Origin: Anthoceros angustus
Taxonomy: Eukaryota; Plantae; Anthocerotophyta
Direction of reading: 5' to 3'
DNA: 64,000 nucleotides
NCBI GenBank assembly: GCA_010909165.1
Contig: MU008197.1
Location: forward strand, 186,001-250,000
How positions within the stretch are numbered: position 1 is the first letter of the stretch; each line of letters opens with the position of its first letter. Positions 49,555 through 63,171 of this stretch are shown in pieces. A program made the position numbers and the translations under genes. Below the pieces are notes generated by a model. That model searched no databases. It was not told the DNA's origin and saw only the letters and a list, made by a program, of their open reading frames with translations.

Positions 49555-50525
49555 TGGATGCGCCTATCCAACTTACGCAATTCAATCTTTACGCTACGAG
49601 TATCCTTGATCATAGGCCCGATCCAGACTAGGAACAACATAATATTTGAAGCGGCTGAATATACAAAGCCGCTTCAGAAAAAAACCAGCCGCTGGAAACC
49701 GGTGGCAATTGGTCCGCGATTCGTGACTATTTGGTTTTGGTGATGGTTCATTCCTTCCTCTCGCATCCTACTTTTCTCGCCGAAAGTGCACACGCTATGG
49801 TCAGATCGCGCTTCGAAAGCCCCAATGGTCTTTCGCAATGATATTCATCAGATCGTTGTCGATCGCTTTTAACACCTACTTGAAAGCACAACCGACTAAA
49901 AAGCAATAAAAGATTAAAGAGGATGTTATGGACGTGCATGCCGGCCTAAAAGGCTTCCAAGTCACGCAATGTAAAGCAAATGTCCAATAACCTAACTACC
50001 AAAATCTTCACAAGAAATTTGAGTCTCGTGGCATTGCCCAGACACGCCTATCCAACTTACGCAATTCAATCTTTACGCTACGAGTATCCTTGATCATAGG
50101 CCCGATCCGCATTAGGAACAACATAATATTTGAAGCGGCTGAATATACAAAGCCGCTCAGAGAAAAAAACCAGCTGGAAAACTGGGCAATCGAATCCGAT
50201 TCGAGCTTTGGTTTTGGTGATGGTTCATTCCTTCCCTTCCCGCTACTTTTCTCGCCGAGTGCACACGCTATGGTCGATCGCCTGGAAGCCCCAATGGTCT
50301 TTCGCGGTGATATTCATCAGATCGGGTTGTCGCTTAACACCTACTTGGAAAGCAATACACAAAAAGCAATAAAAGATTAAAGAGGATGTTTTGCATGACG
50401 CGCATGCGGCCTAAAAGGCTTCCAAGCTGGCTACGCAACAGAAAGTAAATGTCCAATAACCTAACTACCAAAATCTTCGCCAGCAGCTTGAGTCTCGGGT
50501 GGGCATTGCCCAGATACGCTATCCA
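49555..50525. repeat. Imperfect tandem duplication, ~490 bp x2
   Basis: cgcctatccaacttacgcaattcaatctttacgctacgag at 49561 and again at 50045. Confidence 0.9.
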
Positions 50526-51907
50526 ACACAACATCGACGTTTCTGTGTCAGCGGGTTGGAAAGAAGACGGGGAAAATGCTGATCAACACCGGTGAATTTG
50601 TATAGCCGCAATCTCGCCCGGGCTACCTTGGAATTCCTCTCCTCCCAGCGTTTGTAGCGCCCATATCCGCTAGCCACCCCAAATGCGGAGCTTGGTCACT
50701 GAGCTCTCGACCACCCCAAGGATCTCCCTGGCCCTCTTGTGACGAGAGGGCGGTGCACCGAATCGGTTTTGTGGTAGATGGACGTCTCCAATCAACCCTA
50801 CGCGCAGATTCGACACACGGAAGCTCGCACCTGAAATTGTCTATCAAGAGAGACACAAAAGGGTCTCTTATATATCCAGCTGTGGCTCCCCACAGCTCAT
50901 TCCTCTCCAGGGTCTAAAAATTTGGCTAACCACCACGAGCGCTCCTACCAATTTAGGTAACTACAGCTCCCCAGGCCTTCCTAACACCTTATCCCTTAAT
51001 CCAAGTAAAAGCCTCTGACCTAGGATGCCGCCTCTATAATCTACCACCCCGCCTCACTGCTAGCCTACCACTGCCCATGGGTGTTCCCCTCGCTCTCCTT
51101 CCACGCCTCTGATCCGAACGGTTCTCCCTCAAAATTTCCACCTTACTTTCGCTACCCGAAGTTCCCTCGCCTCTTGTAAACGATCTCGTAATTGGAAACT
51201 CCTCATTGGATTGTGTCTTTAAGTGATTTTGTTTTTTTGTTAAGTCGGTGTCAAGAAGAGCTAGGTTGTCAGATAGGGATATTTATAGTAGAAAGTGTCC
51301 TTGGCCTATGAGTTTTGGGGTTGTTTTCTGGATTAAATAATAATCGGTCCTTGGACTATGAACTCGATACTCCTTGGCCTTTAGTCTTGGAATATTTAAT
51401 AAAAAGGCCTATATATGGGGGGAAGGGGTCCTCATATTTATGCAGGTAGTCAAGTTCATAGGCTAGTGGTCGAATCCAACCATGAGTTGAATTGGTGGTC
51501 ATTGACTGTGTGTGGTAGCTATGTTCAAGGCGGTAGAAGAACCGGGAGGGCTACTGGAGGAAGAAGGCGGTGAAGCCGGGGTTGGCGGTCGAGAGTTCCA
51601 GGAGTAACCTAAGGGAACTCCTTTGAAAGGCACCTGCGGCTACGGGTAGCTCCAGAATTCTCGAGTAGGCACGAGCTCGGCATGAGGCATGAAGGGCAGC
51701 CCCGATGGGGCGTGAGACTCTGAGGCAGTGGGGTAGGAACCTTGGGGATCACCTGTTGAGATTCTGAGGCGAGCTATCAAGAATTCGAGGCGTGCGGGCG
51801 TGAGGTTTCGCAGGAGCATGGCGCCAATGACTGAAATTTCACCGCCCAATCGCCAACTGACATTTGAGGGTCTGTGATCACGATGGTCGCCGGTCTCGCT
51901 GTTTGCC

Positions 51908-54900
51908 GCACAATCCGTGTCGTTGTAGTAAGGGGTCGTTCCCAAGAGAATGATAACTCCGTTTGCCACGTTTCAATCGTTTCTCACCTCACGAGTACCG
52001 TTTGACTCAACCCACACATTCATCGCTTTACAACTAACTACCCGGACGCTTCGCACGACAAGAACCAAAGCGCATAACGGTTAAAGACCCGTTCGGCACG
52101 TCTTATCATTCATGTTTGTCGCTTCCTCACCATTCACACTACACTCATCGCCCTTGGAGAAAATCGCGGGTGGTCAGCAACCGGACCTCCTAGTCGCTCG
52201 CCGCCTACTATCTCCTTATTCCACTCCAGCCCTCCGGCCACTCGGCCCGGGCCCGTTCCGACGCGGCCGCCGCCGCGGGCAAGGGTCCTTGATCGCTCTT
52301 CCCTGCACACACCACCACACGTTAGGGTCCGTCACCAGGACCTTGATTAGTCTCCCCGGGGCTGTCGGCCTGCTCAGTGACTCAGGACTCACGTTAGCAA
52401 GAAGGCGCACAAGGGCCTGCAAGGAAACGCGGCATCAACACCAAGAGAAAGATACTTTACTTACAGCAGCCTCAGCCCTCTTATACTACGCCAAAGGTCG
52501 GCGTCTTTATTACACACCTATTCTGAGCTGGTGGCGAGCCCAGTGGGCCCTTGCTGGCCGCCTACTATCTCCCTTATTCCACTCCATTCATGCCTTCATG
52601 GTCCACTGTCTGGGTGCCTCGGCGCTCCGGCCTCGCCCTAGCCCCTCGACCCGCTACCCGTCGGATGGTCCGCCAGGCGGGCCCCTACCTCTCCCCGAGA
52701 CTCTTCGTCAGGCTCTGAGCTGCGGCCCTGACGGCGGTCACTCAAATCCTCCTCACCATCCTCTCTTATTTGCATGGGCCCTCGTGCCGAGCCTCCAAGA
52801 GATGGTTCCCGCTGTGCCGTGGTTGCGCCTCCCTCCGCCTCCCGAGTTTGGACCTCAAGCCCGACTGAGGCCGGACCTCAGGTCCGGTCTTCTCTCGGTC
52901 CGGACCTCGGTGGTCTTCTTTCTAGTCCGGACCTCGTGGTCCAGCCTTTTTGAGTCCGGACTGTGGTCCGACTCGCCTGGGTCCGGCCTTCTAGGCCCAC
53001 TCCGGTCCTGACTGGCTCACTAGAGTCCTGACCTCGAGTCCAGATTTTTTCGAGGCCACCTGGGTCCGGCTTCAAGAGTCCTGACAAAGTCCGAATCATG
53101 AGCACCCGCTCCCGGACTTCTCAATGGTTCACCCACCGAGCCTCCCTGGGGTCCAAAGCGTCTCGAGTCGCCTTCTACGCCTCTAGGGCCCTCCTCCTCC
53201 TTCCGTGGCCGAGGTGGTAGTGCTCCTCCTGCCTGACCTTCCCCGCCCCCGCTCCACCCCCTCGGCCGCTGCTTTGTGCCATCAAATAGCCCTAAGGTCC
53301 AAAGTGGCTGCCGGCCTCCTCCCTCGCTCCTCCTTCTGACCCGTCTGGAAGTCCGTCCACCTGCCGAGGGTGGCGCAAGGCCTCCAGGGCCTTGAGGAGC
53401 TCCGCGTGGTAGTAGGCAAAGTCTGAATCGACTTGTTGAATTGCCTCCTCCACATGGGCCCGGAGCACCCGGTACTCCCTCCTCCAGAGGTGCTCCGGCA
53501 GTTGGGCGTGTTGTCCAGCTTGCTGGATCGTCTCGCCCGAGCTGTGCCAAGGCCGGGAGACTCCTTGATGCCGCCAAGGCGGCCTCAAACACCTCCTGCG
53601 GCCTTTGCTTTCTCGTGCTCCTCCTCCCGTGTCGCTAGTAAGGGGTCCGCTCCTCAAGAGAATGATAGTCTGCTTACATGCTTTCAATCGCTTTCTCACC
53701 TCATCGAAAATTCGCTTCAGACTCAACCCACACATTCATCGCTTTACAACTAACACCAGAACGCTCACCGGATGGTGCCTGCGGCTAAACGCTTTAAAGA
53801 CCCGTCAAGGTCGTATCATTCATGTTTGTCACCTGCCTCTCACCATCTACACTACACTCATCGCCCTTGGAGAAAATCGCGGTGTGGCGGCCCGACCTCT
53901 CCTCCGCTCGCCAGCCTCTCCGCCCGGCCTACACGCCTCCCGAGTCCTCCGCTCACACGCCTGGGCCCGTCCGACGTTGGCCGCCGACGCAAGGGTCCTT
54001 GATCGCTCTTCCGCACACACACCACCACACGTTAGGGTCCGCTACCAGACCTTGATTAGTCTCCTGGTCGCGCCACCGCTTGACTCGTAGACTCACGTTA
54101 GCAAGAAGGCGACAAGGGCTCGGGCAAGGAAACGCATCACTCAAGAGAAAGATACTTACTTACAGCAGCCTCAGCCCTCTTATACACGCCAAAGGTCATG
54201 CCTTTATTATTACACACCCTAGCCGGGGTGGCGCCTGGGCCCTTGCCGGCCGCCTACTATCTCCTTATTCCACCTATCTATGCCTTCTCGGTGGGCTGAT
54301 TGTCTCGGTTCCGCCTCTGGCGGCCCAAGCCCTAGCCCCGATAACCGCAGCACCCCCAATCGGATGATCCGCGAGGCGGGGCCCCTACCTCTCCCCGAGA
54401 CTCTATCAGTCGCCATCACGGCGGTTCGACAACGCGGTCACCACCAAATCCTCCTCACCATCCTCTCTTATTTTGGCGGGCCCTCGTGCCGAGCCTCCAA
54501 GAGATGGCCCGCTGTACGGTGGTTGCGCCTCCCTCCGCCTCCCGAGTTTGGACCTCAAGGTCCAGCCTCACTGAGGCCGGACCTCTAGGTCCGGTCTCTC
54601 GGTCCGGACCTGTGGTCCTTTTCTTTCTTAAGTCCGGACTCGTGGTCCAGCCTCTTTGAGTCCGGACTGTGGTCCTGACTGGGTCCGGGCCTTCTAGGCC
54701 CATCCACGTCCTGACTCACACTAGAGTCCTGACCTCGAGTCCAGACTTTCTCCAGGAGGCGACCGGACCTTTTCGTGGAGTCCTGACAAAGTCCGAATCA
54801 TGAGCACCCGCTCGACTTCTCAATGGTTCACCCACCGAGCCCTCCTGGTCCAAAGCGTCGAGTCGCCCCTTCACGGCCCTCTAGGGCCCTCCTCCCTCCT

Positions 54901-57900
54901 CCGCAGGAGGTCCGAGTGCTTACCTCGTGCGCACGCTCCTTACGCCCCCGCCTCCTCCACCGCCTCCCCTCGCCACGCCGTTGTCGCCAAACAGGGCCCT
55001 AAGGTCTCGTGGGCTGCCTCGGGCCTCCTCCTCGCTCTCCTTCCGACCCGCTCGAAGTCCGCCCACCTCACGGGTGGCGAACACCTCCAAAGGTTTTGAG
55101 AAGCTCCGCGTGGTAGTAGGCAAAGTTTGAATCGACTTGTTGAATTGCCTCTCCACATGTGCCCGGAGCACCTGCATTCTCCTCCGAGGTGCTCGTATAG
55201 CTACGGTGGTCCAAATTGCCGGATCGCTCACGCTGTCGCCAACCGAGTCGGGCAGACTTTGATGCATGCCTGACACTTCCTCGCAGCCTTTGGCATTGCT
55301 CGACGTGCTCCTCCTCCCTTTCGCTGCTGTAGCTCCACCCGGTTTGCTGGCCATGGAGCCTCCCCTCGCCTCCCTCGGACAAGCGACTCTGCTCCTCCAG
55401 CTCTCGTCCCTCCGTTCATCCTTACCGGAGGTCCGCCACTTCCTTCTCCAGGCGGGCGGTATCTCCGCCGCTCCTGGCTTCCTCCGGCTCCTTCTTGACT
55501 GGCGGCGTCAACTCCTTGGACGCGCCTATTCTCCTCCGTCTTCAAGCGGCTGGGCGCTCTATCTCCAAGTCTTGGATTCTCCCGTTGAGAATCCGTGTTG
55601 CTCCGAGCGTCTTGGAGTTGCGCCTCGGGTGTCCTTGCCTTCCGGCTCTGGCACCTCCACTTCACTGCCGCACCACAGGTCCCCTATTTCGGGTCTGGCC
55701 TCCATTTCTTCTTCACGGCTCTTGGTGCCTGCCGCCACACAGTCGGCCTTGAGGTTGGCGCAGCTACCCGCCGTCTCCCTCCACGGTTCGATCACGTTGT
55801 GATCTAGTCGATTAGCTTGGCTTCCGCCTCCGGCCGCCTTCACGAGCCTCGCGCTTGGTGTTGGTCTGGCCGCCTCGGCCGGTCGCGGGCGTTCTCCGCC
55901 TCGACCCTCCTCGCCTCCTTCTGCGCCTCCCTCCGTTTGCGGTCTTCACCGTGCTTGGGCCTCCTGCGCTTCAGCTGACCATGAAGGGGTCTTAGTCGGT
56001 CTTGCCGAGCCATCCGGACCTCCTCTCCCTCGGCGTTTCCCTCCTCGATTGGCGAGGGACTCCGCCTTCTTCTTTGCCCGGGCCGACCGCCTTGAAGTTC
56101 CACCATCCTCCGGTGGCTCCACTGGGTCTTCCGCTATTCCACAGAGGCCCCAAAGCATACCGTCCATGATGGTAGCTAAAACTCGCTGCTTTTCCATTTG
56201 GACGCCTGACTGGGAGATGCTCAGAAGTCCGTGGGCGGTATCTCTCTGGTCCGTGAAGGACCGCCATACTGCCCGAGCGAAGTTCGATCCCGGACTTCAG
56301 ACCCTTAGGTCGAGGCCGTGGTCCGAGCCTCACCTTCCTTGGCCCTCTTGGCCGCTAACCTTCTTCGCCTTCTCCCTGGGCTCGGAGGTGGTGAAGGGGT
56401 CCGAGTCGCCCTTTTGCCCCTCCCGGCCGGGGACAGTGCAGACGGCCCGGTGGTCACGCTGGCCTCCGCCTCGCGGCCTTCCGCCTTCAGACGCTTCTCC
56501 TCCGCTCGCCACCCGCTGGCAGTGAGGCAAGGGCACGGCGCCCTGGTGCTGCGCTAGCGGCGCCGCTTCCGCCTCTTCTGCCTCGACGAGTCCACGGGGC
56601 TCGCATGTTGTCGCTATCATCACGAGCTGAGCCGCTAACTCCTGGCCCTGTGGCCCCATCCTTGCTACTGGCCGCCCGGTGGGCACCAGAGAAGAGAAGT
56701 GATGTCCTCCCACACTTCCCTAGGCGGGGTCCGCCTGATGTATGGAGTCCGAATCCTCCTGCCCTCCTCCCGACCTCTGCTTGACCGCCGGGCGGGCCTC
56801 AGATTCTTCCTTCCGCCTGTGAGGGCACCTTTCTGGAGTGCCTGCCTCCTCGCCCTTCCGGAGGTTCGCGTGCCCCACATGGATCAAGAACGCGATAGCG
56901 CCGGGACGGAGGTGGCTTGCCTCACCTGAGCCTCCCGCTGATCCGGCGAAATTATTCCCGCCCGCCTATGCTTCTTCTAGAGGTTGTGGAGGAACACCAG
57001 CAATTGTCTCCAAAGTGGTCCACCTTGGTCAAGCATGTTCCGATTGGATAATCTTCGCCAGCGATCGTACCCTCTCCGGAGGTCCGACATCGCCCACCCG
57101 TTGGAGGATTCTGCGCCACAGTCGCAAAAGGCCATACGGCGCTTCCACCTTCCCCTTCACCTTGAGGGTTCGATACTACTCCTCCTACTTCCTCCAGCTT
57201 CCACTTAGCGACGCCCAACTCCTTGGATCGCCGATTCTCCTCTCGCCTTCAAGCCGGAGACGCCCATCTCCGCCTCAAGTCTTCGATTTCCCGCTGAAAA
57301 TCCGCCCGACGCTTTGAGTTGCAGCCTGTGGTGTCCTCAGCTTCCAGCCTTCACCCGCACTGCTTCCCGCACCGCACCTCAAGTCCCCTATTTCCCGGTG
57401 CCGGCCTCCATTTCTTCTTCACTACGGCCTGTGCTTGTCCACGCCAATTGCTCCGGCCTTGAGGTTACCTGCCACCCCCCCGCTCCTCCACCGGCCCGAT
57501 CACGCTGGTACCGATCCTAGTCGATCTTAGCTGTGGCTTCCGCCTCCGCCCACCCGAGCCTCACCGGCTTGGTGTTGGTCTACCGCGCCCGGCCAGTCGC
57601 TACATGCTCCGCCTCACGACCTTCCTCGCCTCCTTCTCGCGCCTCCCTTCGCTTGCAGGTCTCACCGTGCTTGGGCCTCTCACAGACGCTTCAGTCGCAC
57701 AGCCTAAAGGGTCTTGGTCCGGCCTTTTGCCGAGCCATCCGACCTCACGCTTCCGCCTCCCAAGCCCCTCCTCGATCTGAGGGACTCCTTCTTTGCCTCG
57801 GGCCGCCCACCGCCTCAGTTCCACCATCCTCCGCCCAGGGTGGCCTCCACTGGGTCTTCTCCGCTATTCCACAGAGGCCCCAAAGCATACCGTCCATGAT

Positions 57901-60900
57901 GGTAGCTAAAACCGCGCTTTCTTCCACGGACGCCTGGGGGAGATGCCTGTGAAGTCAGTGGTATCTCTCGGTCCGTGAAGGATCACGATACCGCATTCCC
58001 GAGCGAAGTCTCGATCGGGCTCTCCGACGACCTTAGGTCCCGAGGCCGTGGTCCGAGCCTCACCTTCCTTGGCCCTCTTGGCCGCTAACCTTCTTCGCCT
58101 TCTCCTCCCCGGGCTCGGAGGTGGTGAAGGGGTCCGAGTCGTCTTTTGCCCTCCCGGCTGACAGACGGCCCTGGTACTGCTGGCCTCCGCCTGCGCTGGC
58201 CCTTTCCACTGACCTTCCTCCGCTCGCCACTCGCAAGGGTGAGGCAAGGCACGGCGCCCTGGTGCGCTAAGGGCGGCGCCGCTTTTCCGCCTTTTCGCCT
58301 CGACGAGTCCATCGGGGCTCAAGCACTGCCGTGCTGTTGTCATTGCCCGCACGAGCTGAGCCGCTAACTCCTGGCCCCGTGGCCGCCCATCCTGCTACTG
58401 GCCGCCCGGTGGGGGCACCAGGAGAAGAGAAGTGGGATGTCCTCCACACTTCCCTAGGCGAGGGTCCGCCTCCATGTATGGAGTCCGAATCCCACCTGCC
58501 CTCCTCCTGACCTCTGCTTCCGGACCGGGCCGGCCTCCGCCTCAGATTCTTCCTTCCGCTCCTGTGAGGGCGCCACTTCTCGGAGTGCCTGCCTCCTCGC
58601 CTCCTTCCGGAGGTTCGCGTGCTCACATGGATCAAGAACGCGAGGCGATGGCCGGGACGGAGGTGGCTTGCACCTCACCGAGCCTCCTGCTGATCCGGCG
58701 AAATTATTCTACCACGTATGCTCTTTCTAGAGGTTGTGGAGGAACACCAAGAAATTGTCTCCAAAGTGGTCCACCTTGGTCAAGATGTTCCAAAGACGAG
58801 CACCTCGGGCGCATCGACTGCACTCTCCGCCTGTGGAGGTCCGACATCGCCCACTGCTGAGGATTGCGCCCCTCGCAAAAGGCCGCCCGGCCGCTTCCAC
58901 CTTCCCCTTCACCTTCAGGGTTCCATTACCTCCTATTCCTCCGGGTGGTTGTAACACCTCAGGACCTCCACGGTCCACCTCCTAGGGTCCTCCCGCAGGT
59001 TCTTGGATCGGACCTCCTTGTTGGCCGCTGCCAACATCTTCCGGGCGTACTCCCGGACTAGGGTGACGCTGTCGAAGGTCCAGACGGCCTGGAAAATGTC
59101 CAGGTGCCATTCCTCCACCAGCTCCTCCGCCTCCTCCAGCCACGGGCCGAAGTCCGGGTAGCGCTTGGTGACGATGTTGCGCTCCACCAAGCGCCATGGC
59201 TCCCACACCTCCGCCGCTTTGGCCCCATCCCCACACTCTTCTCCTGCTGACGTGAGGCTCCACAATCTCGCTCGCCTGCGTCGGCCGCACTTGCCCAAAG
59301 TCGAGCCGCGGTGCCCGGCTCGAAAAGACAACGCCAGAGTCAGTGTCCGAGCGCCAGAGAGTGTGAAAATCGCCGCGAGGTTGTTTGAACAATGACCTCC
59401 GCTCGCTTCTCTTTGTCAGAATAACCGCAGCGCGAGGGTCTTCAGCCCGTGAGGCCTCGCATGGCTTATTCTCGCACTTATTACGCCATCGCCGCTTACT
59501 CACGGCCTATCAGATTTAGGCCGTACTCTGACTCTGACTTTGAGCGGAGCGAATACCTACCTATAACGGCCATCGGCAACCCTACGGCCCTGCTTGTCAG
59601 ATGCCCGCTCACCACTCTACACCGCCCACGTGGCTTCACCTCCAAATCACGCCCAACTTCTAAGTTACTCTACTGGGCGATTTATCCTGCTCACCCTGAG
59701 TGGGGTCCGGACTTATCCTGACACTCCCGGCATTGGTCCGGAGGTCCTCCGAGGGCTCCAGTGGTCCTTTCACCTACCCCGAGTCCGCGTCCCGAGTATA
59801 AGGGGAGTACGCCTCGTGACAAGCACATCGTACATATGAAGCATGTATACATAAGCATGCATCGATCGCAGAATATGAAGAGCATGAAACCGCAAATGAA
59901 GATGTTGAGGACGAAGAGATGCATCGGACAACCGGCGTGAGTTGAAGCTGACAACAAGGAGAGGATATACATAGCGAGGGTGGCTCAAAACGCGTTAGTC
60001 AAATGTCGAAGAATCGCCATGCATTGGACGATGCCAGCTTCTACAAAGTTTGGACAAGAGGGTCAAAGAATCGTGAAGGAGCGAGCCCGTGTACAACCAA
60101 CCTCGAAGGAGGTAGCAGCGGATGTTCGGTTTCACAGCAAGGCGAAAGGTAAACCAAAAGCGGGAAAAGAGGAAGTAATGACATTGAAGACACCGGCGGG
60201 CGTCATCACCAAAAGGTGGAAAAGAGGAAGAGTAATGACATTGAAGACACACGACGGGCCGCTATCACCAAAGTCAGGCCGACGGACAACGAGAGTGGAG
60301 CGAGCCCAACAAAGATAAGGACCTGCTACATCAAATTCGAGTCGTGCACAAAGAGGTGCATTCCGCATGATATGGTTGCCATCACCAAGCGCCATGGCTC
60401 CCACACTGGCCGCTTTCGGCCCCATCCCCACACCTTCCGTCTACTGCTTGAGACGTGAGGCTCCACAATCTCTCGCCTTCACGCGCTTTGCCCACCGAAA
60501 TGAGTCGGAAGGGAGTGCCCGAGCTAAAAGACAACGCCAGAGTCGGGTGTCTCGAGCGCCGAGAGTGTGAAAATTGCCGCGAGGTTGTTTGAAATAATGA
60601 CCTCCGCCTCGCTTCTTTGTCGAGTAACCGCGCGAGGGGGGGTCTGGCCGTGAATCGCCGTGAGGCCTCGCATGGCTTATTCTCGCCTTACCGCCGCATC
60701 CGCTTCACGCCGCCACTTCGCCTTATCTTACAGACGACTTACGCTCACTGCATCTGAGCGTGAATACCTAATAGGACCACGCATCGCAACCCTACGCCCT
60801 GCTTGTCAGATGCCCGCTCACCACTCTACACCGCCCACGTGGCTTCACCCACAAATCACGCTCCAACTTCTAAGTTACTCTACTGGGCGATTTATCCTGC

Positions 60901-61020
60901 CCGACCGAGAGGGGTCCGGACTTATCCCGATACTCGTGCGTGGTCCGGAGGTCTCCTGAGTGGGCTCGTGGTCCTTTCACCTACCCCGAGTCCGGCGCCC
61001 GAGTATAGCCTGAGTACCAG
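51908..61020 (-). mobile_element. Copy B of the orphan-ORF repeat family, with internal ~1.7, ~1.7 and ~1.2-kb tandem duplications
   Basis: Homologous to 14510-18755. Duplicated blocks are about 51915-53628/53629-55320, 55490-57200/57200-58930 and 59185-60385/60385-61530. Confidence 0.8.
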
Positions 61021-61199
61021 GCCGAAGCACAAACGGCGTACAAGCATGCATACGTATGCTACGCATCGGTAATATGAAGAGTATGAAACCGCAAATGAAG
61101 ATGTTGAGGATAAGAGATGCATCGACAACCGGCGAGTTGAAGCACGACAACAACAGTAGAGGATATACATAGCGAGGGTGGCTCAAAACGTCAAATGTC

Positions 61200-63170
61200 C
61201 CAAGAATCGCCATGCATTGGACGATGCCCAGCAGCCTTCTACAAAGTTTGGAGTCAAAGAATCAGTGAAGGAGCGAGCCTGTACAACAACCTCAAGGAGG
61301 TAGACGCGGATGTTCCAGCCACCGCAAGGACGAAAGGTAAACCAAAAGGTGAAAAGAGGAAGAAATGACATTGACGAGACACTGACGGGTCATTATCACC
61401 AAAGTCAGGCCGACGGACAACGACAGAGTGGAGCGAGCCCAACAAAGATAAGGACCTGCTACATCAAATTCGAGAGTCAACAAGACAAGAAGAGGTGCAT
61501 TCCGTGACAGATATGGTTGCCATCACCAAGCCGAGAAGCGCAGACTACATTACTCGTGGCCTTTCGGATCCGAGAGTGGATGAATCATGGGGAAAACATC
61601 TTCTCGGAAATTAAAAGGGACCCGTGCAAGAGGGAGTACTTCCTCTGTATGATCGATCCAAAGTGCAAGCGTAGAGGTCTTTGACAAAGACAAGTTGAAA
61701 AGGCAGCGGTACACCATGGGAGTATTGGGTGGGAACCACGGCTTCTATGCGTTCAACGCACTGTCTGTGAAGACCGGAGAACTCACACTTCCGATTATAT
61801 GGAAGCTCATATATGACGATGTGTCGGAAGAAATGTGACTTGTGGCCGAGGATGTCTTTCATTGAGCAAGTCCCGTTGCCGCATTACAATAGTTTTCCCG
61901 CCTCATGTGTGGACACGGGTGGGCCGGGTTTTCGATCTTTGGGAGAGGGGTGAGCTTCCGAGCAAGGTAAGCGGAAGAAAGGCAGCAAGAGGGGAAATCA
62001 AAGCGTGGGGCGGATACGGAGCCGGCATTGCGGGATCAAATTTGATGATAAAGCCAATGCATGCGACCAATTGGAGAGTTTTCCGGGCATGCCTCCGGTG
62101 CGGTGAAAAGGATTATCTTGTCTGCTGGAGAAAGTGATTCAAGGCGAGTTGACCGTGGCGGCATGAAAACGTGGATACGAAGGCCAAGAAGTTGAATGTC
62201 ATCCAGAAGACATTTTGCTGGGTGAGGTGCAATTCATTTGCGAAGTTGAGAGAGAATATCCGAGGCACTCAACACGGAAGATATAGCGAAATTTCAACCG
62301 GTGTTTGATCACATTGTGCAGTAATCCGACACGAGTTAGCAAGTGCGCAAACTAGTTTGCGCACTGTCTTCGTGTTCGACCTATGAACGTCTCCATCTGC
62401 GGACCAAAAGCGGTGAAGAGTACAAGAGAAGATGATACCCGATAGCTTCAAAGAGCACATCAATGCGGCAAGAAATTGGAAGAGGGTGGAAGATTTTGCG
62501 AGAGAGGCGAGAGGAAGACAACGGCAAACTAGACATTTTCCATGTTCGAAAAGCAAGCAAAGGTCCGTTACGGTGTAATGGTGATATTCGTGAAATGGCT
62601 GCCTACTTGGGGAAAAGAGAATACAAGGCGTTGGTCGTCGATTTACCAAGGGGCAATTTATCGGAGACATGGGATAAGGAGATGACATGTGAGGATATGG
62701 AGAAGATAATGGATGGATTCATGACAATCACCGAATGCAAGACTTTCCGTGATATTATGCATGGACGGACGGATGCGGGATGTCAAAATGCTACGAAAAT
62801 GGTGTGAAAAGGGGGTTTATACAATGGTGCAGGAGAAAGACAATTTGGTCTCGGACGAGGACTTTCACGAGCTGAGTACATGACTGGGGTATGGTGTTCA
62901 CCCCTCTGAAGATATGAGGAAGTGCGTGCATTGTCCAATAGTCGGTAGAGATTGGAGCAATGCTGCGTTTATTCGACATAAGCGATCGTGAAGAAACTTT
63001 TGAATGTGTCCAACGATGGCCATGTTGTTTCTCCTTACCAAAAGCCAATAGGGTTGATGGTTACGCTATGACCTATTCACGGAAAGGGGAATGGGTTATA
63101 GATGGATGCTCGGGAAGCGGAGTGGAATACTTGCGGCATTCTTTGGAAGGAGGAAGGCTGTTCTGTTGAC
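61200..63170 (+). pseudogene. ParB-like domain plus beta-class N4C/N6A DNA methyltransferase (N6_N4_Mtase-like), frameshifted; 5' limit approximate
   Basis: ParB-like part: VDESW..IKRDP..FLCMIDP..FDKDKL..VLGGNHGFYAFNAL (~61570-61770). MTase part: NGDIREM..ALVVDLPRG..WD (motif IV position, 62640), SPYQKPIGLM (~63030) and YSRKGEWVIDGCSGSG (motifs X and I, ~63075-63120). Confidence 0.72.
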
Positions 63171-63171
63171 C

